Source: an uncultured Nitrospiraceae bacterium
GTDB taxonomy: Bacteria > Nitrospirota > Nitrospiria > Nitrospirales > Nitrospiraceae
DNA: 64,000 bases
Direction: 5' to 3'
NCBI GenBank assembly: GCA_963730935.1
Contig: CAVSTP010000002.1
Span: forward strand, 544,001 to 608,000
Every line of letters begins with the position of its first letter. The stretch's first letter is position 1. The translations under genes and the position numbers were made by a program. The notes beneath the pieces are model-generated. The model had not been told where the DNA came from. It did no database searches and saw only the letters and a program-made list of their open reading frames with translations. This document shows positions 56,154-64,000 of the stretch, one piece after another.

Positions 56154-57149
56154 CTACACGTAATTCCGCAACATCAGTTCTTTTGGATGCGGATTCAGAT
56201 AGACCTGGTTCTGAATGTACCCGACCTCATGCATCGTCACATGGTGCTTGATGAGCGTGACCGGGACGATGAGGGGCACCAGCCCATGATGATAGTCCCT
56301 GAGAACGCCGTGGAGTTCCGCGAGCTCCTTGGGCGTCAGCTGCTTTTTCAAATGCCCGATTAGATGCTGCAAGACGTCCACGTGTTTGCGTCTCGTCGCC
56401 TTGACTGCCAGTGTGGTCATGAACAGGGGTCCGTAAAGCGCAGCCAATCTCTTTGGCGAATGGCAGTGCGCCTGGGCGACCAACCGACCCAATGACTGAT
56501 AGCCCTCGCGGCTATGGGCCATCAACAAGTACTTATGAGCGGTATGAAACGCGACAATCGATCCGCGAGTCAGCGGACCGCGAACGAGAAGTTGCCATTG
56601 GTGGTAGCAAAAGATCCTTTCAATAAAGCTATCTCGTAGGGCAGGGTCGAACAACCGGCCTTCGTCTTCGATGGGTACTAGCGGGAACCGTTCCTTGAAG
56701 GCTCGTGCAAACAGGCCCACCCCGGTGCGGCTCAGCATGCCGTGAGCATTGAAGAGCTTGACTCGCTCGATCCCGCAACTCGGGGAATCCTTCTTAAAAA
56801 TGTATCCCGACAGCTCCGTCTGCTCGAGCGTCTCAAGCCTCCGCTTCGAAAACACGGTTAACGGTGTCGTCATGTCCCGTTCGCTCGTAACCGTAATGAG
56901 CTGCGTGTGTTCGGCATCGCCGACCAGCCGCATGGCTTCGCGGGGAGTGCCGAATCCCGCTTCAACCTCAGGACAGACAGGCACCCACTCGACATGCCGC
57001 CCTAGGACATCGGTCAGGAATCGATCCCGCTTGTGTCCTCCGTCGAAACGGACTTCTTCCCCCAACAGACAACGACTGACGCCGACACGGATCGGTAGTG
57101 CAGGCTGCCTTCGAGCGTCAGATAATCGGCCTGATTTTCCTGGCATCAT
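56154..57149 (-). CDS. DUF523 + DUF1722 (YbgA-like) Fe-S protein
   Basis: VGVSRCLLGEEVRFDGGHK, VCPEVE, KKDSPSCG, FHTAHKYLLMAHS, QVYLNPHP.ELMLRN. Confidence 0.9.
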   Translation of the reverse strand: MMPGKSGRLSDARRQPALPIRVGVSRCLLGEEVRFDGGHKRDRFLTDVLGRHVEWVPVCPEVEAGFGTPREAMRLVGDAEHTQLITVTSERDMTTPLTVFSKRRLETLEQTELSGYIFKKDSPSCGIERVKLFNAHGMLSRTGVGLFARAFKERFPLVPIEDEGRLFDPALRDSFIERIFCYHQWQLLVRGPLTRGSIVAFHTAHKYLLMAHSREGYQSLGRLVAQAHCHSPKRLAALYGPLFMTTLAVKATRRKHVDVLQHLIGHLKKQLTPKELAELHGVLRDYHHGLVPLIVPVTLIKHHVTMHEVGYIQNQVYLNPHPKELMLRNYV

Positions 57150-57982
57150 GGCAAGACTGTGATAAGGCTCAACGTAGGCAGGCCGCTCTTGATGACTCCC
57201 TGCACGTGCGATCCACACTCTCAACAATCAGTATAGACCTCGCGTGCGCCGTCTTCATCCTGTTTGCTATACGATCGAATCCGATGCGAAGCCACGGGGG
57301 GGGTGTGTTACTACGTCCAACGCGGGGGCGGACTAGGAGGAAGGAAGCAGATGTGCTCAGCGCGGCCGGGAGAGCCGATTTGGCTGGGTGATAGATTTCG
57401 CTTGTGGCTGCGAATTTTGTCCGCAGCGGCATACCTCAGTAATAGACGTAGCGTTTCGTATCGCGTTTCGCTAGGAGTTCCTAATGCTCCTTGGGCTCTT
57501 GACTAATTAAGGTTCCCCTTCCACTGCAGCTTGTTCTTAAGACTGACTCCTGCTTTGCACGAGCGTTGCGGCGATCGCTCTGAAAATGGTCTGCTGGTCA
57601 GGTACGTCTATCTTTGCCTGCCCCTCACGGGTAGTAGTCCAAGCATCATTTAACAGAGCTCCCGATTGAGCCACGCTGCTCGTGCTTTCGCTTGCGCCCT
57701 AGCACGCTGTCCTTGAAACCAATAAACGCCGGCGACAATAATTACAAAGTATGGTGAGCAGATTCATCGCAGCCGTAGCTAAAACTTTTGGCAGATTGTA
57801 CTCCGGTACGTCTGAAAGCTCACCACTACTTCAAGCAAGTCCCTGTGAAATGTGATCCCTTCTTATTTAGGAAAACGCTAGAACTATCCAACGAGCTACG
57901 GGGGCTTCGAATTTAATCATATAGTTAGCGGCCCCTAATCTACTGGTGTCAAGAATTCCCCCCAACCGTAGGGGGCGAGACA

Positions 57983-58030
57983 GACATCCTTGACATCCCT
58001 AAGTCGTGGGAATACGTTCCCAAGGATGTC
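57983..58030 (+). promoter_or_regulatory. Sigma-70 promoter overlapped by palindromes (putative operator)
   Basis: TTGACA(57990)-N17-TACGTT(58013); TGGGAA-TACG-TTCCCA (58007-58022); GACATCCTTG (57983) / CAAGGATGTC (58021) inverted repeat. Confidence 0.65.
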
Positions 58031-58841
58031 CAGCAAGGGACTGCCTGCTGCAATCCGTCAGATGCTCTCGCCGCTTGTCCGCATCCTACTTCGCAATGGG
58101 ATGGCGGCCAAGTCGTTCTATGAATTGGCGAAAGAAACCTACGTGGCGGCGGCGCGCGATGAATTCGGGATCGGCAAGAAGCAGGCTACGATATCGCGCA
58201 TTGCCATCCTCACTGGGCTGACACGCAAGGAAGTACAAGCGCTACTCGACACGCCTGCTCGGAGAGATGAAGGGTTTATAGACGAATACAATCGCGCGGC
58301 TCGTGTGATTACCGGATGGCTCCGTGATCCGGATTTTGGAGATGGGAAAGGTCATCCACTTCCGCTCCGCATGATTGGGAAGCGACAGTCCTTCGGCGCG
58401 CTGGTCAAACGCTACAGCGGGGACATCCCTGTCCGAGCCATGCTCGATGAACTCGTGCGCGTGGGAGCTGTGAAGCAGTTAAAGGACGGTCGAATCGGGC
58501 TAGCGGTGAGAGGGTATGTCCCGCAGAAGGGCTTGGATCAAAAGTTGGCCATTCTCGGACAGGACACGGCCGACCTCATCGCGACGATCGACCATAATGT
58601 GCACGGAAACCCGTCCTCTCCCAGAATGCAACGAAAGGTGATGTACGACAATGTCCCGTTGGAATCGGCTAAGGCATTCCAGGCAGTCGCTCAGGCGCGT
58701 GCCCAAGAAATGCTTGAGGCGCTGGATCGCTGGCTTTCCCATCGCGACCGGGATGTCAATCCGACGGTCAAGGGCAAGGGACGGCTTAGGGTGGGACTGG
58801 GTGTGTACCATTTCGAAGAACGGCTCGATCAGGACGAATAA
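58026..58841 (+). CDS. DUF6502-family protein (predicted DNA-binding)
   Basis: PLVRILLRNG, TISRIAILTGLTRKEV (HTH-like), RVITGW..DP, SFGALV, DIPVRAMLDEL, RVGLGVY; typical position before a DUF5666 gene. Confidence 0.8.
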   Translation: MSSKGLPAAIRQMLSPLVRILLRNGMAAKSFYELAKETYVAAARDEFGIGKKQATISRIAILTGLTRKEVQALLDTPARRDEGFIDEYNRAARVITGWLRDPDFGDGKGHPLPLRMIGKRQSFGALVKRYSGDIPVRAMLDELVRVGAVKQLKDGRIGLAVRGYVPQKGLDQKLAILGQDTADLIATIDHNVHGNPSSPRMQRKVMYDNVPLESAKAFQAVAQARAQEMLEALDRWLSHRDRDVNPTVKGKGRLRVGLGVYHFEERLDQDE

Positions 58842-60301
58842 TGTATCTCCAGGGCGCCAAACGATTCCTGGCCTTGACCCTGCCTTGCTTGGCTTTTGTT
58901 TCGTGCGGCCCTAGCCCTCAGGCGGGTGGCGGTATTGGGGGAACCGGCTCCGTTTCAAGCGTCTCCTCGGGACCGGTGACCAAGCTGGGCAGCGTGTATG
59001 TCTCTGGGACGCAATACGACAATTCCAATGCCTTCTACTGTATCAACGACGAGCCCTGCACCACGGAGAACAGCCTGAAACCCGGTATGGTTGTAGAGGT
59101 CCAGGGAATGGCGCAATCGTCGGATCAGGGTGCAGTGACCCGCGTGGCCAACACAATTACCTTCCAAGACGCCGTGGAAGGGGTCGTACAATCTGTCGCC
59201 CAGGACGGGTCTAGCCTAATCGTGCTTGGGCAATTGGTCACACTGAACCCAAAAACGGTGATCGACGCCAGTATCCCCGGCTTATCTATTCGCAACCTCA
59301 CGCCAGAACTTGATGTAATCGAGGTCAGTGGACTGGTCGTGAGCGACGGCCATATTCTAGCTACCTTGATTATGAAGCGCACAGGCAAGCCGCAGTATGA
59401 AGTTCAGGGCGTCATCAAGAACCACGATGGGGCAGGTAGACGGTTCCAAATCGGACAACTGATGGTAGAGTACTCTTCTGCAGACGTCAGTGCCATCACA
59501 GCTGGCGGCGCCGCGAATTGGAACAACCAGGTCGTCCATGTACACGGAGACGCGTGGCAACCGGGCAGCGAAGCGCCTTATGGGGGCACGCTCCGGGCCA
59601 CGAAGGTTAAGCCACTGAGCCTCACGGTCGAAGACAGCGCCGAGGCAAAACTAGAAGGCTTCATCACCAACGTGACGCAGTTAGGCGCCTTCACAATCAA
59701 TAACCATCCAATCGAAGTATCATCCGCGACAGCGTTCGAAGGCGGCACGGCAAACGAGCTCGTCCTCGGCACGCATGTGTTCATCCATGGAGCGCTGGCA
59801 CGCGGAGTATTGGGTGCTCAACAAGTCATCTTCAAAGAAAACCTTCAAATGGAGTCGAATGTCGGATCGATCGACCTTCAATCCCTTACTCTGACCCTAA
59901 CCGGTCTGCCGGGCCTCTCGATTGAAGCTGATGCTCGAACCCAGATTGAAAACGGAGGCACCGTCATCCGCCTTGAGGAAATTCGGATTGGCGACCACCT
60001 CAAAATCCACGGGAAACTGCTCGATGGCAACCGCATAGTCGCGACCGAACTAGAGCGGACAGGCCCCTCTACCACCATCGTGCTAGAAGCGCCTTTGCAA
60101 TCGGCGATTGATCCCCGGATCCTGTTAGCTGGTGTGAATATCGAGACGTCAGGGATTCCAGAGAACGGATTTGTAGGGAATTACGGGCCAATTGGACGCA
60201 AGACATTCTTTGAGAAAGCCCTGACAGGGCGGCCAGTATGGGCCGAAGGAACTCTTACGGGTAGCAACGTGACCTGGAGCAGTGTCGGCATCCGTAGATA
60301 G
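58841..60301 (+). CDS. DUF5666 repeat lipoprotein
   Basis: Lipobox FVSC, GGGIGGTG, GPVT.LGSVYVSG, repeated L..G..VEV.G beta modules; TAATG coupling to the upstream gene. Confidence 0.85.
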   Translation: MYLQGAKRFLALTLPCLAFVSCGPSPQAGGGIGGTGSVSSVSSGPVTKLGSVYVSGTQYDNSNAFYCINDEPCTTENSLKPGMVVEVQGMAQSSDQGAVTRVANTITFQDAVEGVVQSVAQDGSSLIVLGQLVTLNPKTVIDASIPGLSIRNLTPELDVIEVSGLVVSDGHILATLIMKRTGKPQYEVQGVIKNHDGAGRRFQIGQLMVEYSSADVSAITAGGAANWNNQVVHVHGDAWQPGSEAPYGGTLRATKVKPLSLTVEDSAEAKLEGFITNVTQLGAFTINNHPIEVSSATAFEGGTANELVLGTHVFIHGALARGVLGAQQVIFKENLQMESNVGSIDLQSLTLTLTGLPGLSIEADARTQIENGGTVIRLEEIRIGDHLKIHGKLLDGNRIVATELERTGPSTTIVLEAPLQSAIDPRILLAGVNIETSGIPENGFVGNYGPIGRKTFFEKALTGRPVWAEGTLTGSNVTWSSVGIRR

Positions 60302-60329
60302 CGAAGTGGACCGTTTATAAGCAGGGAGT

Positions 60330-60795
60330 ATGAATGTCCTGTAGGCAATCAGTTGCGCAGGCGGGTTAATGCTGGTCGCCTCATATGGTATGGCCCAAAC
60401 AGTGGGCACTCAGGTACAACGTGATCTCAATCAGCAAAATCGGATCGAAGAGGGTTGCAGTCGGGGCTATATACGCGAGGCAGCGGAGAAGCCGTAATAG
60501 AGAAAATGGAATCAAGAGCGCTCAAGGATGGAACACTTTCTTCACAAGAAGCTGCACGCATCCAACGGGCACAGAATCAGGAGTCCGGGACCATCAAAAT
60601 TCGAAACACAACGATGTGACGGGCAATCCTTCGTTGGCCTGATCTCAGCGCATGCAGGCCGATGTGCAACGAAACATCAATCAGCAGAATCGCGTCGAAC
60701 AGGGCGTTCAATCCGGACAGCTCACCAACAAGGAAGTTTCCAATCTGGAGCGGGGACAGTCTCGCGTAAACCGGGCAGAGGCTATCAAGAATTAG
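60330..60795 (+). pseudogene. Disrupted gene for a secreted Gln/Arg-rich repeat protein
   Basis: GGGAG RBS and ATG 60330; TAG at codon 5 (60342), frameshifts at about 60455-60495 and 60600, TGA at 60640. Reconstructs to a signal peptide plus two repeats, QRDLNQQNRIEEGLQSG and QRNINQQNRVEQGVQSG. Confidence 0.75.
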
Positions 60796-60977
60796 CCAGT
60801 ATCAGGCCTAATCAATTTACACGAAGGTTAAAAGATGTCTCCATAGAACTTAAGAGGGGCAAACTACACCTTCTGACAATCAAGCGGATCAAGCCCTTCA
60901 GGATGCGGACAATCGATAAACAGGCGCAACTCCCTGGCATCAAAGGTAAATGCCACGTTAAACGGGAACCTCTTACA

Positions 60978-61751
60978 CTAGTCGCCTGGCAATGACCGTG
61001 TAAAACGGTCCCGCCATTCGAGGGATTTTCCGAAAGCAGTCTTTCCATATTGCTCTGCTTCTGATTGTAAAACATCCTCCGTTGCTGGGAGATGTTCAAA
61101 GAACTCGTACCTGCAGAGAAGCGGGAGGAACGTTTCACGATCAAAGCGGCTTAATCCGCTGTAAAAGAGCATGAACAATTCGTTACTTGAGAGTTGTGCT
61201 CGGACAATATTTGTATAAAATTTTCTCTTTTCTATTTTGGCTTCATCAACGTATTTAATGATTTCATATAAATTTCTAAAATAACGGTCTAACTCATGGG
61301 GCCCATACTTCAAAGAAAACATTTCGTACCTTTCGGACGGAGAATGTCCCCAGTTCTCGCTCATTAGTGCAACTCTTACGAAGTCTTTCCGCATTGCCTC
61401 GATGCAGTCCTTCCCAGTCTGCTCGTGACCTCCTCCATGTTCGCTCTTGTAATGCAATCCTCGAACTATCTCGTTGCTTAGATGCAGCAATCGAAAAAAA
61501 GTGCTTTCAAAACGTTCTCTATAACCCTCCGCCTTTTGTTCGGAGAGGTCGGACTTGATCTGGACCAATCCTCGGGCATGAACAAATAGGGAAATTACGA
61601 TACCAGCAAACGCCATGCCTATGAACAGCGTGTTCAACCCAGTTCGGTCTCCGAGAAAAATGGGAAGAAGGAAATGTGGATAGGCGAGCCAAGCCATGCC
61701 TACAAGTACAAAGGGAACGGTGTAGAGCCAACTAAACCTTTTATTATTCAT
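60978..61751 (-). CDS. Putative phage abortive-infection protein (putAbiC-like) with two N-terminal TM helices
   Basis: FESTFFRLL, YFRNLYEIIKYVD and YTNIVRAQLSSNELFMLFY motifs; AT-rich. Confidence 0.75.
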   Translation of the reverse strand: MNNKRFSWLYTVPFVLVGMAWLAYPHFLLPIFLGDRTGLNTLFIGMAFAGIVISLFVHARGLVQIKSDLSEQKAEGYRERFESTFFRLLHLSNEIVRGLHYKSEHGGGHEQTGKDCIEAMRKDFVRVALMSENWGHSPSERYEMFSLKYGPHELDRYFRNLYEIIKYVDEAKIEKRKFYTNIVRAQLSSNELFMLFYSGLSRFDRETFLPLLCRYEFFEHLPATEDVLQSEAEQYGKTAFGKSLEWRDRFTRSLPGD

Positions 61752-61829
61752 TTAGTGCAAAGAAGCCCTCTGGTGGACAGGTGAGGCATTGTAAGAGGCT
61801 CATTAACTAGTGCGCAAGGGGTAGGTAAC

Positions 61830-62045
61830 GTATTAGGGGGAGTCGCTGAACAACTTGATAGGAGCGGCGATTCCTCCTTTCCCCTTACCGGACGCTGAAA
61901 GAACTATTTGCTTCTCTTTTGCCTGTCTTTGTCTCTCTCCACCCTCATTAGGCTGTTAAAGTAACACCCTAATAACACTGGCGGAAGACCCCCGGGCTTT
62001 TCGGGCGGGAGCCTAATCAGGACTCCAACGTCTCGCCGAAAATGG
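61830..62045 (-). repeat. Conserved non-coding element, copy 2 (inverted relative to 797-1018)
   Basis: Reverse complement aligns block by block to 797-1018. Confidence 0.9.
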
Positions 62046-62828
62046 GAACAAGGCCTTATCTGTGAAGCGCCGACAGCCGAACAGCGTACGGCACAGCATG
62101 CCCGGGGAGTTGGTTCAACAATGCGCGTTCGGCAGTCGCGTCGACAGCTTGATCGAAGCGTGGGACGACCGACAGAAACGGACATGAGCCCTATTGGAGC
62201 GCACGGTGCGGTTATCTCCGTGGACTCGGCTAGGGGAGAAGGCTACCAATAAGGCTTTATGGATAAATGCGAACCGCTGATCCCATCTTCACTGCGTATG
62301 CCCGGCCTTTACAATCTATGCAGACATAACGCAGCACCAAATCTCATTCTTCAGGGGAATCGCACGGTCGGGCAAGAGGATACCTTCACACTCACAGCAC
62401 TGCAGAGGATCACTTTTTGGGGTTTCCATGTTATTGCTCTTCAATCGCCCTGGGCATGTTCGAGCTGCAGGCTTAGGTAACCATGCCCTAGCCTGACACC
62501 CGGGACGCTCTCCGTCAGGCTCACTTCGCGTTCACTCTTCCAGGTGTTCCCCCGGGGGGCCTTCAGCGCCGGCATATCGTTAGCATAGGTCTTCCAGAGC
62601 AGTAACGAGTCCCTTTCCCTGCGGACTGTTGGGCGAGCTATCGCAAGGAGGCGGCGGGGGACGGAAGCTGGAGCCGTTTGCTCACGTGGTTCAAGGAACA
62701 TGGGGTTGCCTGATCCCGCTGCCTACTAGCCCGCCTCTATGCCCACAATGCCGTTCAAACCTGTGCCGCTCCGTTGGTCTCTGCCTGCAGTGTCTCCATC
62801 CTGGGCCGCATGGACGCGGAGTTAGGAG

Positions 62829-62843
62829 TGGCACTGCTTTTGC
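62829..62843 (+). promoter_or_regulatory. Sigma-54 (-24/-12) promoter
   Basis: TGGCAC-TGCTT-TTGC, an exact consensus match, 88 nt before ATG 62932. Confidence 0.7.
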
Positions 62844-62931
62844 GAAGACCGATATGGATCTCGTTGGCAACGAATCCACACTAAGTAACTGCGCGTAGTA
62901 TTGGCTGAACGGGCCGCATTAGGGGGTGTCC

Positions 62932-64000
62932 ATGAGAAAGGTAGTGATCGGACTCGCAGTGTCCTGGCTCACGGTAGGGTTATTCGTTTCAGTCGGTCTG
63001 GCCACCGATTTCTTTATGTCCACCACGGGCAGCGATGCGAATAGTTGTACCGCCGCCCAGAATCCCGCGACTCCCAAGGCCACGTTTGCCTCAGCCATCC
63101 CATGTGTCACCGCTGGCAATCGGCTCTATGTGCGAGGGGGCACCTATAAGCAGTCCATCAATAGCAATTACATTGCCATTGCCTCCGGGACATCATGGAC
63201 TAATGCGGTGACCATTGCGGGCTATCCGGGAGAAACCGTCGAACTGAATCCTGATGTCGTGGAGATTATCAACATCCCAGGCCCCAGCACGCGGCAGTTT
63301 ATCAGCATCGAGCGTCTGGTGCTGAATGGCACCAACAGCAATGGGGCTCGCAGGGTCGATCAAGCCATTTCCGTGGGGGCCAATAGCTCACATGACATTC
63401 GCTTTGTGGATGTGGAAGTCAAAAACACGGGCCATCATGGAATCTTTTTTCACTGGCCAGGCCATCACTTCTCCTTCATTCGCGGCTACATTCACGATAT
63501 TGGGAATATCACGAACTTTCCTAGCCCAGCCAATTATCACTATGGCTGCTACTGCGAAGCGTCATACAATCTCATTGACGGCGCGCTGATTGAAAACACC
63601 TTGGAGTACGGCATCCATAATTCCAACTCTAACGGCGGCGGGGCCAATACCAATGGCAGCATCTACCGCCATAACATTCTGCGTAACAATAATCTGGCGG
63701 CAAGCGGCGGATTCTCGTCCGCCGTCATCACCTCATGCAGCTCCGGGTGCAAGTTCTATAACAATATTGTGTATGGCGCCGTGGGACATGGCGTGCAAGT
63801 TGCCGCCGGATGCACTGGATGCGAGATTTCACACAATACCATCCATGGTGGGCCGCAAGATGGCATCAGGATTGAAGCTAACGCGACGAATAATGTCATC
63901 AGAAACAATATCAGTTATGGCAATGTGACGAATATCAATGATAGCGGGAACGGCACCACGCTCTCCACGAATCTGTGCAACAGCGGCTGCACGATTAATA
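62932..64000 (+). CDS. Secreted right-handed parallel beta-helix protein (DUF1565/pectate-lyase-like); 3'-truncated by the window edge and absent from the ORF track
   Basis: Open from ATG 62932 to the end: MRKVVIGLAVSWLTVGLFVSVGLA-TDFFMSTTGSDANSC..LYVRGGTY..TIAGYPGETV..YNNIVY..HNTI..IRNNISYGN. Confidence 0.85.
   Translation, partial: MRKVVIGLAVSWLTVGLFVSVGLATDFFMSTTGSDANSCTAAQNPATPKATFASAIPCVTAGNRLYVRGGTYKQSINSNYIAIASGTSWTNAVTIAGYPGETVELNPDVVEIINIPGPSTRQFISIERLVLNGTNSNGARRVDQAISVGANSSHDIRFVDVEVKNTGHHGIFFHWPGHHFSFIRGYIHDIGNITNFPSPANYHYGCYCEASYNLIDGALIENTLEYGIHNSNSNGGGANTNGSIYRHNILRNNNLAASGGFSSAVITSCSSGCKFYNNIVYGAVGHGVQVAAGCTGCEISHNTIHGGPQDGIRIEANATNNVIRNNISYGNVTNINDSGNGTTLSTNLCNSGCTIN

Noticed and set aside
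60385..61144. ORF-track entries 60385-60642, 60528-60995 and 60812-61144
   Set aside because: Wrong-frame readings of the pseudogene or overlaps with the Abi-like gene.
797..62045. 61-kb composite transposon or invertible island bounded by the inverted element copies
   Set aside because: The copies are diverged, no transposase or recombinase or target duplication is seen, and the interval holds core genes (priA, nuo, pyrE).
61904..62898. Short ORFs in the gap before the beta-helix gene
   Set aside because: No protein-like motifs; they overlap the conserved non-coding element and the sigma-54 promoter.

Overview
GC-rich bacterial window, most likely from Nitrospira. That is an inference from the 2M-type complex I operon and gene style. 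Left to right: (i) the AT-richer 3' end of an SGNH/acyltransferase gene, a DevR/NarL-type response regulator, a PriA with degenerate helicase motifs and an OmpA/MotB-domain protein; (ii) a nuoABCD-G-IJKL-M-M-N operon lacking nuoE, F and H, with a 26-aa lengthened NuoL lateral helix; (iii) a CHASE3 kinase / single-domain receiver / hybrid kinase trio, small exported proteins and pyrE; (iv) a two-partner secretion locus with a TpsB and one about 25.3-kb (about 8,400 aa) repeat-built TpsA adhesin gene. That gene is split in the ORF track by two compensating 1-nt indels and ends in a putative cysteine hook. It is followed by a stand-alone, diverged copy of the TPS secretion domain that shares upstream DNA motifs with tpsA; (v) cbiX-like, DUF523/DUF1722, a DUF6502-DUF5666 pair with a palindrome-covered promoter, a pseudogene, an AbiC-like gene and a sigma-54-preceded beta-helix gene running off the end. 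An about 220-bp non-coding element occurs twice, inverted, near the two ends of the window (about 797-1018 and 61830-62045). I saw no tRNA, rRNA, CRISPR array or transposase. Family names come from recognising motifs by eye, not from database searches.
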